Of a stretch of DNA of 64,000 bases, positions 1-13,075 are shown piece after piece. A program made the position numbers and the translations under genes. Positions within the stretch are counted from its first letter, which is position 1, and the number at the start of each line of letters is the position of its first letter. Source of the DNA: Eledone cirrhosa (lineage: Eukaryota); contig OZ024743.1 of the NCBI GenBank assembly GCA_964016885.1, positions 205,902,001 through 205,966,000 of the forward strand. Reading direction: 5' to 3'. Under the pieces are notes generated by a model. That model worked only from the letters and a program-made list of their open reading frames with translations. It did no database searches and had not been told where the DNA came from.

Positions 1-1840
1 TCTCCCCTTGATTTTTTACAAATTATCTCCCCCTGATTTTTTTTACAAATTATCTCCCCCTGATTTTTTTTTACAAATTATCTACCCCTGATTTTTTTTA
101 CAAATCTCCCAGTGATTTTTTTAAAAAAATTATCTCCCCTTCGCTGGCTGGAAATTATCTCCCCTTGGACGCTGGAAATTATAGCCCCTTGGAGGGCTGG
201 AAGTTATCTTTCCTTGAAGGGCTGGAAATTATCTTCCCTTGGACGGCTGGAAATTATCTCCCCTTGATTTTTTTTACAAATTATCTCCCCCTGATTTTTT
301 TTTACAAATTATCTCCCCCTGATTTTTTTTTTACAAATTATCTCCGCCTGATTTTTTTTAAAAATTATCTCCCCTTGGACGGCTGGAAATTATCTCCCCT
401 TGGACGGCTGGAAATTATCTCCCCTTGGACGGCTAGAAATTACCTCTCCTTGGACGGCTTAAAATTATCTCCCCTTGATTTTTTTTTACAAATTATCTAC
501 CCCTGATTTTTTTTTACAAATTATCTACGCCTGATTTTTTTTTCCGAATTATCCCCCCCTGATTTTTTTTTACAAATTATCTCCCCCTGTTTTTTTTTAC
601 AAATTATTTCCCCCTGATTATTTTACAAATTATCTCCGCCTGATTTTTTTAAATATTATCTTCCCTTGGCTGGCGGGAAATTATCTCCCCTTGGACGCCT
701 GGAAATTATCTCCCCTTGGAAGGATGGAAATTATCTCCCCTTGGACGGCTGGAAATTATCTCCCCTTGCACTGCTGGAAATTATCTCCCCTTGGACGGCT
801 GGAAATTATCTCCCCTTGGCTGGAAATTATCTCCCCTTGGACGGCTAGAAATTATCTCTCTTTGGACGGCTGGAAATTATCTCCCCTTGATTTTTTTACA
901 AATTATCTCCCCCTGATTTTTTTACAAATCTCCCAGTGTTTTTTTTTTTAAATTATCTCCCCTTCGCTGGCTGGAAATTATCTCCCCTTGGACGCTGGAA
1001 ATTATAGCCCCTTGGAGGGCTGGAAATTATCTTCCCTTGGACGGCTGGAAATTATCTCCCCTTGATTTTTTTTACAAATTATCTCCCCCTGATTTTTTTT
1101 TACAAATTATCTCCCCCTGATTTTTTTTTACAAATTATCTCCCCCTGATTTTTTTTACAACTTATCTCCGCCTGATTTTTTAAAAAAAATTATCTCCCCT
1201 TGGACGGCTAGAAATTACCTCTCCTTGGACGGCTGAAAATTATCTCCCCTTGGACGGCTGGAAATTATCTCCCCTTGATTTTTTTTACAAATTATCTCCC
1301 CCTGATTTTTTTTTACAAATTATCTCCCCCTGATTTTTTTTACAAATTATATCCCCTTGGCTGGCTGGAAATTATCTCCCCTTGGAGGCTGGAATTTATC
1401 TCCCCTTGGACGGCTAGAAATTACCTCTCCTTGGACGGCTGGAAATTATGTCTCCTTGGACGGCTAGAAATTACCTCTCCTTGGACGGCTGAAAATTATC
1501 TCCCCTTGGACGGCTGGAAATTATCTCCCCTTGATTTTTTTTACAAATTATCTCCCCCTGATTTTTTTTACAAATTATCTCCCCCTGATTTTTTTTTACA
1601 AATTATCTCCCCCTGATTTTTTTTACAAATTATATCCCCTTGGCTGGCTGGAAATTATCTCCCCTTGGAGGCTGGAATTTATCTCCCCTTGGACGGCTAG
1701 AAATTACCTCTCCTTGGACGGCTGGAAATTATGTCTCCTTGGACGGCTGGAAATTATCTCCCCTTGGACGGCTGGAAATTATCTCCCCTTGGACGGCTGG
1801 AAATTATCTCCCCTTGGACGGCTAGATATTACCTCTCCTT

Positions 1841-4455
1841 GGACGGCTGGAAATTATCTGCCCTTGGACGGCTGGAAATTATCTCCCCTTGGACGGCTGG
1901 AAATTATTTCCCCTTGATTTTTTTTACAAATTATCTCCCGCTGATTTTTTTTTACAAATCTCCACCTAATTAAAAAAAAAATTATCTCCCCTTCGCTGGC
2001 TGGAAATTATCTTGCTTTGGACGGCTGGAAATTATAGCCGCTTGTAGAGCTGGAAATTATCTCCCCTTGGACGGCTGGAAATTATCTCCCCTTGATTTTT
2101 TTTACTAAGTATCTCACCCTGATTTTTTTTTACAAATTATCTCCGCCTGATTTTTAAAAAAAAATTATCTCCCCTTGGCTGGATGGAAATTATCTCCCCT
2201 TGGACGGCTGGAAATTATCTTCCCTTGATTTCTTCTACAAATTATCTACCCCTGATTTTTTTTACAAATTATCTCTCCCTGATTTTATTTTACAAATATC
2301 TCTCCTTGGCTGGCTGGAAATTATCTCCCCTTGGCTGGCTGGAAATTATCTCCCCCTGATATTTTTTTACAAATTAGCTCCCCCTGATTTTTTTTACAAA
2401 TTATCTCCCCCTGATTTTTTTCACAAATTATCTCCCCCTGATTTTTTTTACAAATTATCTCCCCTGATTTAAAAAAAAAAGTATCTCCCCTTGGACGGCT
2501 GGAAATTATCTCCCCTTGGACGGCTGGAAATTATCGCCCCCTGATTTTTTTTTTACAAATTATCTCCACCTGATTTTTTTTACAAATCATCTCAGCCTGA
2601 TTTTTTTAAAATATTATCTCCCTTGGCTTGCTGGAAATTATCTCCCCTTGGACGGCTATAAATTATCTCTCCTTCGACGGCTGGAAATTATCTCCCCTTG
2701 ATTTTTTTACAAATTATCTCCCCCTGATTTTTTTTTACCAATCAACCCCTGATTTAAAAACAAAAATTATCTCCCCTTCGCTGGCTGGAAATTATCTCCC
2801 CTTGGACGGCTGGAAATTATCTCCCCTTGATTTTTTTTACAAATTATCTACCCCTGATTTTTTTACAAATTATCTCCCCCTGATTTTTTTTACAAATTAT
2901 CTCCCCCTGATTTTTTTTTTTTTACAAATTATCTCCGCCTGATTTTTTTAGAATTATCTCCCCTTGGCTGGATGGAAATTATCTCCCCTTGGACGGCTGG
3001 AAATTATCTCCCCTTGGAAGGATGGAAATTATCTCCCCTTGGACGGCTGGAAATTATCTCCCCTTGCACGGCTGGAAATTATCTCCCCTTGGACGGCTAG
3101 AAATTACCTCTCCTTGGACGGCTGAAAATTATCTCCCCTTGGACGGCTGGAAATTATCTGCCCTTGGACGGCTGGAAATTATCTCCCCTTGGACGGCTGG
3201 AAATTATTTCCCCTTGATTTTTTTTACAAATTATCTCCCGCTGATTTTTTTTTACAAATCTCCACCTAATTAAAAAAAAAATTATCTCCCCTTCGCTGGC
3301 TGGAAATTATCTTGCTTTGGACGGCTGGAAATTATAGCCGCTTGTAGAGCTGGAAATTATCTCCCCTTGGACGGCTGGAAATTATCTCCCCTTGATTTTT
3401 TTTACTAAGTATCTCACCCTGATTTTTTTTTACAAATTATCTCCGCCTGATTTTTAAAAAAAAATTATCTCCCCTTGGCTGGATGGAAATTATCTCCCCT
3501 TGGACGGCTGGAAATTATCTTCCCTTGATTTCTTCTACAAATTATCTACCCCTGATTTTTTTTACAAATTATCTCTCCCTGATTTTTTTTTACAAATATC
3601 TCTCCTTGGCTGGCTGGAAATTATCTCCCCTTGGCTGGCTGGAAATTATCTCCCCCTGATATTTTTTTACAAATTAGCTCCCCCTGATTTTTTTTACAAA
3701 TCATCTCCCCCTGATTTTTTTCACAAATTATCTCCCCCTGATTTTTTTTACAAATTATCTCCCCTGATTTAAAAAAAAAAGTATCTCCCCTTGGACGGCT
3801 GGAAATTATCTCCCCTTGGACGGCTGGAAATTATCGCCCCCTGATTTTTTTTTTACAAATTATCTCCACCTGATTTTTTTTACAAATCATCTCAGCCTGA
3901 TTTTTTTAAAATATTATCTCCCTTGGCTTGCTGGAAATTATCTCCCCTTGGACGGCTATAAATTATCTCTCCTTCGACGGCTGGAAATTATCTCCCCTTG
4001 ATTTTTTTACAAATTATCTCCCCCTGATTTTTTTTTACCAATCAACCCCTGATTTAAAAACAAAAATTATCTCCCCTTCGCTGGCTGGAAATTATCTCCC
4101 CTTGGACGGCTGGAAATTATCTCCCCTTGATTTTTTTTACAAATTATCTACCCCTGATTTTTTTACAAATTATCTCCCCCTGATTTTTTTTACAAATTAT
4201 CTCCCCCTGATTTTTTTTTTTTACAAATTATCTCCGCCTGATTTTTTTAGAATTATCTCCCCTTGGCTGGATGGAAATTATCTCCCCTTGGACGGCTGGA
4301 AATTATCTCCCCTTGGAAGGATGGAAATTATCTCCCCTTGGACGGCTGGAAATTATCTCCCCTTGCACGGCTGGAAATTATCTCCCCTTGGACGGCTAGA
4401 AATTACCTCTCCTTGGACGGCTGAAAATTATCTCCCCTTGGACGGCTGGAAATTA
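1841..4455 (+). repeat. Tandem duplication of a 1,300-bp higher-order unit (2 copies, ~1841-3140 and ~3141-4455)
   Basis: ORF pairs 2200/3500, 2516/3816 and 2628/3928 are offset by exactly 1,300. Sequence from 1841 and 3141 reads the same apart from a few differences (2281 gattttattt vs 3581 gatttttttt; 2401 ttatc vs 3701 tcatc). Confidence 0.93.
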
Positions 4456-7400
4456 TGTCCACCTGATTTTTTTTACAAATCATCTCCGCCTGATTTTTTT
4501 AAAAACTTATCTCCCTTGGCTTGCTGGAAATTATCTCCCCTTGGACGGCTATAAATTATCTCTCCTTCGACGGCTGGAAATTATCTCCCCTTGATTTTTT
4601 TACAAATTATCTCCCCCTGATTTTTTTTTACCAATCTACCCCTGATTTAAAAAAAAATTATCTCTCCTTCGCTGGCTGGAAATTATCTCCCCTTGGACGG
4701 CTGGAAATTATCTCCCCTTGATTTTTTTTACAAATTATCTACCCCTGATTTTTTTACAAATTATCTCCCCCTGATTTTTTTTTACAAATTATCTCCCCTT
4801 GATTTTTTTTTTTTACAAATTATCTCCGCCTGATTTTCTTAAAATTATCTCCCCTTGGCTGGATGGAAATTATCTCCCCTAGGACGGCTGGAAATTATCT
4901 CTCCTTGGACGGCTAGAAATTACCTCTCCTTGGACGGCTGAAAATTATCTCCCCTTGGACGGCTGGAAATTATCTCCCCCTGATTTTTTTTACAAATTAT
5001 CTCCCCTTGCACGGCTGGAAATTATCTCCCCTTGGACGGCTGGAAATTATCTGCCCTTGATTTTGTTTTTACAAATTATCTCCCCCTGATTTTTTTTACA
5101 AATTATCTCCACCTGATATTTTCAAAAATTATCTCCCCTTGGACGGCTGGAAATTATCTCCCCTTGGCTGGAAATTATCTCCCCTTGGACGGCTAGAAAT
5201 TATCTCTCTTTGGACGGCTGGAAATTATCTCCCCTTGATTCTTTTTACAAATTATCTCCCCCTGATTTTTTTTACAAATCTCCCAGTGATTTTTTAAAAA
5301 AAATTATCTCCCCTTCGCTGGCTGGAAATTATCTCCCCTTGGACGCTGGAAATTATAGCCCCTTGGACGCTTGAAATTATCTTCCCTTGGACGGCTGGAA
5401 ATTATCTCCCCTTGATTTTTTTACAAATTATCTCCCCCTGATTTTTTTTTACAAATTATCTCCCCCTGATTTTTTTTTTACAAATTATCTCCCCTTGGAC
5501 GGGTGGAAATTATCTCCCCTTGATTTTTTTACAAATTATCTCCCCCTGATTTTTTTTACCAATCTACCCCTGATTTAAAAAAAAAAATTATCTCCCCTTC
5601 GCTGGCTGGAAATTATCTCCCCTTGGACGGCTTGAAATTATCTCCCCTTGGACGGCTAGAAATTACCTCTCCTTGGACGGCTGAAAATTATCTCCCCTTG
5701 ATTTTTTTTACAAATTATCTCCCCCTGATTTTTTTTTTACAAATTATCTCCCCCTGGTTTTATTTTACATATTATCTACCCCTGATTTTTTTTTACAAAT
5801 TATCTCCACCTGATCTTTTTTACAAATTATCTCCCCCTGATTTTTTTTTTACAAATTATCTCCCCCTGATTTTTTTACAAATTATCTCCCCCTGATTTTT
5901 TTTTCAAATTATCTCCGCCTGATTTTTTTAAATATTATCTTCCCTTGGCTGGCGGGAAATTATCTCCCCTTGGACGGCTGGAAATTATCTCCCCTTGGAA
6001 GGATGGAAATTATCTCCCCTTGGACGGCTGGAAATTATCTCCCCTTGCACTGCTGGAAATTATCTCCCCTTGGACGGCTGGAAATTATCTCCCCTTGGCT
6101 GGAAATTATCTCCCCTTGGACGGCTAGAAATTATCTCTCTTTGGACGGCTGGAAATTATCTCCCCTTGATTTTTTTACAAATTATCTCCCCCTGATTTTT
6201 TTTACAAATCTCCCAGTGATTTTTTTTAAAAAATTATCTCCCCTTCGCTGGCTGGAAATTATCTCCCCTTGGACGCTGGAAATTATAGCCCCTTGGAGGG
6301 CTGGAAATTATCTTCCCTTGGACGGCTGGAAATTATCTCCCCTTGATTTCTTTTACAAATTATCTCCCCCTGATTTTTTTTTACAAATTATCTCCCCCTG
6401 ATTTTTTTTTACAAATTATCTCCCCCTGATTTTTTTTACAACTTATCTCCGCCTGATTTTTTTAAAAAAATTATCTCCCCTTGGACGGCTGGAAATTATC
6501 TCCCCTTGGACGGCTGGAAATTATCTCTCCTTGGACGGCTAGAAATTACCTCTCCTTGGACGGCTGAAAATTATCTCCCCTTGGACGGCTGGAAATTATC
6601 TCCCCTTGATTTTTTTTACAAATTATCTCCCCCTGATTTTTTTTTACAAATTATCTCCCCCTGATTTTTTTTACAAATTATCTCCCCCTGATTTTTTTTT
6701 ACAAATTATCTCCCCCTGATTTTTTTTACAAATTATATCCCCTTGGCTGGCTGGAAATTATCTCCCCTTGGAGGCTGGAATTTATCTCCCCTTGGACGGC
6801 TAGAAATTACCTCTCCTTGGACGGCTGGAAATGATGTCTCCTTGGACGGTTGGAAATTATCTCCCCTTGGACGGCTGGAAATTATCTCCCCTTGGACGGC
6901 TGGAAATTATCTCCCCTTGGACGGCTAGATATTACCTCTCCTTGGACGGCTGGAAATTATCTGCCCTTGGACGGCTGGAAATTATCTCCCCTTGGACGGC
7001 TGGAAATTATTTCCCCTTGATTTTTTTTACAAATTATCTCCCCCTGATTTTTTTTTACAAATCTCCACCTAATTAAAAAAAAAATTATCTCCCCTTCGCT
7101 GGCTGGAAATTATCTTCCTCTGGACGGCTGGAAATTATAGCCGCTTGTAGGGCTGGAAATTATCTCCCCTTGGACGGCTGGAAATTATCTCCCCTTGATT
7201 TTTTTTACTAAGTATCTCACCCTGATTTTTTTTTACAAATTATCTCCGCCTGATTTTTAAAAAAAAATTATCTCCCCTTGGCTGGATGGAAATTATCTCC
7301 CCTTGGACGGCTGGAAATTATCTTCCCTTGATTTCTTCTACAAATTATCTACCCCTGATTTTTTTTTTACAAATTATCTCTCCCTGATTTTTTTTTACAA

Positions 7401-8569
7401 ATATCTCCCCTTCGCTGGCTGACAAATCATCTCCGCCTGATTTTTTTAAAAACTTATCTCCCTTGGCTTGCTGGAAATTATCTCCCCTTGGACGGCTATA
7501 ATTTATCTCTCCTTCGACGGCTGGAAATTATCTCCCCTTGATTTTTTTACAAATTATCTCCCCCTGATTTTTTTTACCAATCTACCCCTGATTTAAAAAA
7601 AAATTATCTCTCCTTCGCTGGCTGGAAATTATCTCCCCTTGGACGGCTGGAAATTATCTCTCCTTGATTTTTTTTACAAATTATCTACCCTGATTTTTTT
7701 ACAAATTATCTCCCCCTGATTTTTTTTTACAAATTATCTCCCCCTGATTTTTTTTTTTACAAATTATCTCCGCCTGATTTTTTTAAAATTATCTCCCCTT
7801 GGCTGGATGGAAATTATCTCCCCTTGGACGGCTGGAAATTATCTCCCTTTGCACGGCTGGAAATTATCTTCCCTTGGACGGCTAGAAATTACCTCTCCTT
7901 GGACGGCTGAAAATTATCTCCCCTTGGACGGCTGGAAATTATCTCCCCCTGATTTTTTTTACAAATTATCTCCCCTTGCACGGCTGGAAATTATCTCCCC
8001 TTGGACGGCTGGAAATTATCTGCCCTTGATTTTGTTTTTACAAATTATCTCCCCCTGATTTTTTTTACAAATTAACTCCACCTGATATTTTAAAAAATTA
8101 TCTCCCCTTGGACGGCTGGAAATTATCTCCCCTTGGCTGGAAATTATCTCCCCTTGGACGGCTAGAAATTATCTCTCTTTGGACGGCTGGAAATTATCTC
8201 CCCTTGATTTTTTTTACAAATTATCTCCCCCTGATTTTTTTTTACAAATTATCTCCCCCTGATTTTTTTTTACAAATTATCTCCCCCTGATTTTTTTTTA
8301 CAAATTATCTCCCCCTGATTTTTTTTACAAATTACCTCTTTTGGACGGCTGGAAATTATGTCTCCTTGGACGGCTAGAAATTACCTCTCCTTGAACGGCT
8401 GGAAATTATCTCCCCTTGAACGGCTGGAAATTATCTCCCCTTGGACGGCTAGAAATTACCTCTCCTTGGACGGCTGGAAATTATCTCCCCTTGGACGGCT
8501 GGAAATTATCTCCCCTTGGACGGCTGGAAATTATTTCCCCTTGATTTTTTTTACAAATTATCTCCCCCT

Positions 8570-9070
8570 GATTTTTTTTACAAATATCCCCCTAATTTAA
8601 AAAAAAATTATCTCCCCTTCGCTGGCTGGAAATTATCTCCCTTTGGACGGCTGGAAATTATAGCTGCTTGTCGGGCTAGAAATTATCTCCCCTTGGACGG
8701 CTGGAAATTATCTCCCCTTGATTTTTTTTACTAATTATCTCCCCCTGATTTTTTTTTACAAATTATCTCCGCCTGATTTTTTTTTTTAAAATTATCTCCC
8801 CTTGGCTGGATGGAAATTTTCTCCCCTTGGACGGCAGGAAATTATCTCCCCTTGATGTCTTCTACAAATTATCTACCCCTGATTTTTTTTACAAATATCC
8901 CCCTAATTTAAAAAAAAATTATCTCCCCTTCGCTGGCTGGAAATTATCTCCCTTTGGACGGCTGGAAATTATAGCTGCTTGTCGGGCTAGAAATTATCTC
9001 CCCTTGGACGGCTGGAAATTATCTCCCCTTGATTTTTTTTACTAATTATCTCCCCCTGATTTTTTTTTAC
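8570..9070 (+). repeat. Local 311-bp tandem duplication (second copy partial)
   Basis: The rare strings aatatccccctaattt and tagctgcttgtcgggctaga each occur twice. ORFs 8516 and 8827 are offset by 311. Confidence 0.85.
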
Positions 9071-12000
9071 AAATCATCTCTCCCTGATTTTTTTTACAAA
9101 TATCTCCCCTTGGCTGGCTGGAAATTATCTCCCCTTGGCTGGCTGGAAATTATCTCGCCTTGGACGGCTGGAAATTATCTCCCCTTGGACGCCTAGAAAT
9201 TACCTCTCCTTGGACAGCTGTAAATTATCTCCCCTTGGACGGCTGGAAATTCTCTCGCCTTGGACGGCTGGAAATTATCTCCCCTTGATTTTGCATACAA
9301 ATTATCTCCCCCTGATTTTTTCTTACAAATTATCTGCCCCTGATTTTTTTTTACAAATTAGCTCCGCCTGATTTTTTTTTTAAATTATCTCCCCTTGGAC
9401 GGCTGGAAATTATCTCCCCTTGGACGGCTAGAAATTATCTCCCCTTGGACGGCTAGAAATTACCTCTCCTTGGACGGCTGAAAATTATCTCCCCTTGGAC
9501 GGCTGGAAATTATCTCCCCTTGATTTTGATTTTACAAATTATCTTCCCCTGATTTTTTTTACAAATTATCACCACCTGATTTTTTAAAAAATTATCTCCC
9601 CTTGGACGGCTGGAAATTATCTCCCCTTGGCTGGAAATTATCTCCCCTTGGACGATTAGAAATTATCTCTCTTTGGACGGCTGGAAATTATCTCCCCTTG
9701 ATTTTTTTTACAAATTATCTCCCCCTGATTTTTTTTACAAATCTCCCAGTGATTTTTTTAAAAAAATTATCTCCCCTTCGCTGGCTGGAAATTATCTCCC
9801 CTTGGACGCTGGAAATTATAGCCCCTTGGAGGGCTGGAAGTTATCTTCGCTTGGAGGGCTGGAAATTATCTCCCCTTGATTTTTTTTACAAATTATCTCC
9901 CCCTGATTTTTTTTTACAAATTATCTCCCCCTGATTTTTTTTTTACCAATTATCTCCACCTGATTTTTTTTTAAATTATCTCCCCTTGGACGGCTGGAAA
10001 TTATCTCCCCTTGGACGGCTGGAAATTATCTCCCCTTGGACGGCTAGAAATTACCTCTCCTTGGACGGCTGAAAATTATCTCCCCTTGGACGGCTGGAAA
10101 TTATCTCCCCTTGATTTTGTATACAAATTATCTCCCCCTGATTTTTTTTTACAAATTATCTCCCCCTGATTTTTTTTTACAAATTATCTCCCCCTGATTT
10201 TTTTTTACAAATTATCTCCTGATTTTTTTTACAAATTATCTCCCCTTGGCTGGCTGGAAATTATCTTCCCTTGGACGGCTGGAAATTATCTCCCCTTGAT
10301 TTTTTTTACAAATTATCTCCCCCTGATTTTTTTTTTGCAAATTATCTCCGCCTGATTTTTTTTAAAAATTATCTCCCCTTGGACGGCTGGAAATTATCTC
10401 CCCTTGGACGGCTGGAAATTATCTCCCCTTGGACGGCTAGAAATTACCTCTCCTTGGACGGCTTAAAATTATCTCCCCTTGATTTTTTTTACAAATTATC
10501 TACCCCTGATTTTTTTTTACAAATTATCTACGCCTGATTTTTTTTTCCAAATTATCTCCCCCTGATTTTTTTTTACAAATTATCTCCCCCTGTTTTTTTT
10601 TACAAATTATTTCCCCCTGATTATTTTACAAATTATCTCCGCCTGATTTTTTTAAATATTATCTTCCCTTGGCTGGCGGGAAATTATCTCCACTTGGACG
10701 CCTGGAAATTATCTCCCCTTGGAAGGATGGAAATTATCTCCCCTTGGACGGCTGGAAATTATCTGCACTTGATTTTGTTTTTACAAATTATCTTCCCCTG
10801 ATTTTTTTTACAAATTATCTCCACCTGATTTTTTAAAAAATTATCTCTCCTTGGACGGCTGGAAATTATCTCCCCTTGGACGGCTAGAAATTATCTCTCT
10901 TTGGACGGCTGGAAATTATCTCCCCTTGATTTTTTTACAAATTATCTCCCCCAGATGTTTTTTACAAATCTCCCAGTGATTTTTTTAAAAAAATTATCTC
11001 CTCTTCGCTGGCTGGAAATTATCTCCCCTTGGACGCTGGAAATTATAGCCCCTTGGACGGCTGGAAATTATCTCCCCTTGGACGGCTAGAAATTACGTCT
11101 CCTTGGACGGCTGAAAATTATCTCCCCTTGGACGGCTGGAAATTATCTCCCCTTGATTTTTTTTTTACAAATTATCTCCCCCTGATTTTTTTTTACAAAT
11201 TATCTACCCCTGATTTTTTTTTACAAATTATCTCCCCCTGATTTTTTTTACAAATTATCTCCCCCTGATTTTTTTTTACAAATTATCTGCCCCTGATTTT
11301 TTTTACAAATTATCTCCCCCTGATTTTTTTTACAAATCTCCCCCTAATTTAAAAAAAAATTATCTCCCCTTCGCTGGCTGGAAATTATCTCCCTTTGGAC
11401 GGCTGGAAATTATAGCTGCTTGTAGGGCTGGAAATTATCTCCCCTTGGACGGCTGGAAATTATCTCCCCTTGATTTTTTTTACTAATTATCTCACCCTGA
11501 TTTTTTTTTACAAATATCTCCCCTTGGCTGCCTGGAAATGATCTCCCCTTGGACGGCTGGAAATTATCTCCCCTTGGACGGCTGGAAATTATCTCCCCTT
11601 GAACGGCTAGAAATTACCTCTCCTTGGACGGCTGAAAATTATCTCCCCTTGGACGGCTGGAAATTATCGCCCCCTGATTTTTTTTAACAAATTATCTCCA
11701 CCTGATTTTTTTTACAAATCATCTCCGCCTGATTTTTTAAAGAAATTATCTCCCTTGGCTTGCTGGAAATTATCTCCCCTTGGACGGCTATAAATTATCT
11801 CTCCTTCGACGGCTGGAAATTATCTCCCCTTGATTTTTTTACAAATTATCTCCCCCTGATTTTTTTTTACCAATCTACCCCTGATTTAAAAAAAAAAATT
11901 ATCTCCCCTTCGCTGGCTGGAAATTATCTCCCCTTGGACGGCTGGAAATTATCTCCCCTTGGAAGGATGGAAATTATCTCCCCTTGGACGGCTGGAAATT

Positions 12001-12509
12001 ATCTCCCCTTGCACGGCTGGAAATTATCTCCCCTTGGACGGCTAGAAATTGCCTCTCCTTGAACGGCTGAAAATTATCTCCCCTTGGACGGCTGGAAATT
12101 ATCTCCTCCTGATTTTTTTTACAAATTATCTCCCCTTGCACGGCTGGAAATTATCTCCCCTTGGACGGCTGGAAATTATCTGCCCTTGATTTTGTTTTTA
12201 CAAATTATCTCCCCCTGATTTTTTTTACAAATTATCTCCACCTGATATTTAAAAAAATTATCTCCCCTTGGACGGCTGGAAATTATCTCCCCTTGGCTGG
12301 AAATTATCTCCCCTTTGACGGCTAGAAATTATCTCTCTTTGGACGGCTGGAAATTATCTCCCCTTGATTCTTTTTACAAATTATCTCCCCCTGATTTTTT
12401 TTACAAATCTCCCAGTGATTTTTAAAAAAAAATTATCTCCCCTTCGCTGGCTGGAAATTATCTCCCCTTGGACGCTGGAAATTATAGCCCCTTGGAGGCT
12501 GGAAATTAT

Positions 12510-13075
12510 CTTCCCTTGGACGGCTGGAAATTATCTCCCCTTGATTTTTTTACAAATTATCTCCCCCTGATTTTTTTTTACAAATTATCTCCCCCTGATT
12601 TTTTTTTTACAAATTATCTCCCCCTGATTTTTTTTACAAATTATCTCCCCCTGATTTTTTTACAAATTATCTCCCCTTGGCTGGCTGGAAATTATCTCCC
12701 CTTGGAGGCTGGAATTTATCTCCCCTTGGACGGCTGGAAATTATCTCCCCTTGGACGGCTAGAAATTACCTCTCCTTGGACGGCTGAAAATTATCTCCCC
12801 TTGGACGGCTGGAAATTATCTCCCCTTGATTTTTTTACAAATTATCTCCCCCTGATTTTTTTTTACAAATTATCTCCCCCTGAATTTTTTTTTACAAATT
12901 ATCTCCCCCTGATTTTTTTTACAAATTATCTCCCCCTGATTTTTTTACAAATTATCTCCCCTTGGCTGGCTGGAAATTATCTCCCCTTGGAGGCTGGAAT
13001 TTATCTCCCCTTGGACGGCTGGAAATTATCTCCACTTGGACGGCTAGAAATTACCTCTACTTGGACGGCTGGAAA
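12510..13075 (+). repeat. Local ~285-bp tandem duplication
   Basis: A B-run followed by ggctggctgg / ggaggctggaattt / ctagaaattacc is repeated, with ggaattt at 12711 and 12996. Confidence 0.75.

Noticed and set aside
330-370. T-tracts and T(n)A(n) hairpins as intrinsic or Pol III terminators, or as retroposon poly(A) tails
   Set aside because: There are no GC-rich stems, upstream genes, A/B boxes or target-site duplications. The tracts are simply part of monomer B.
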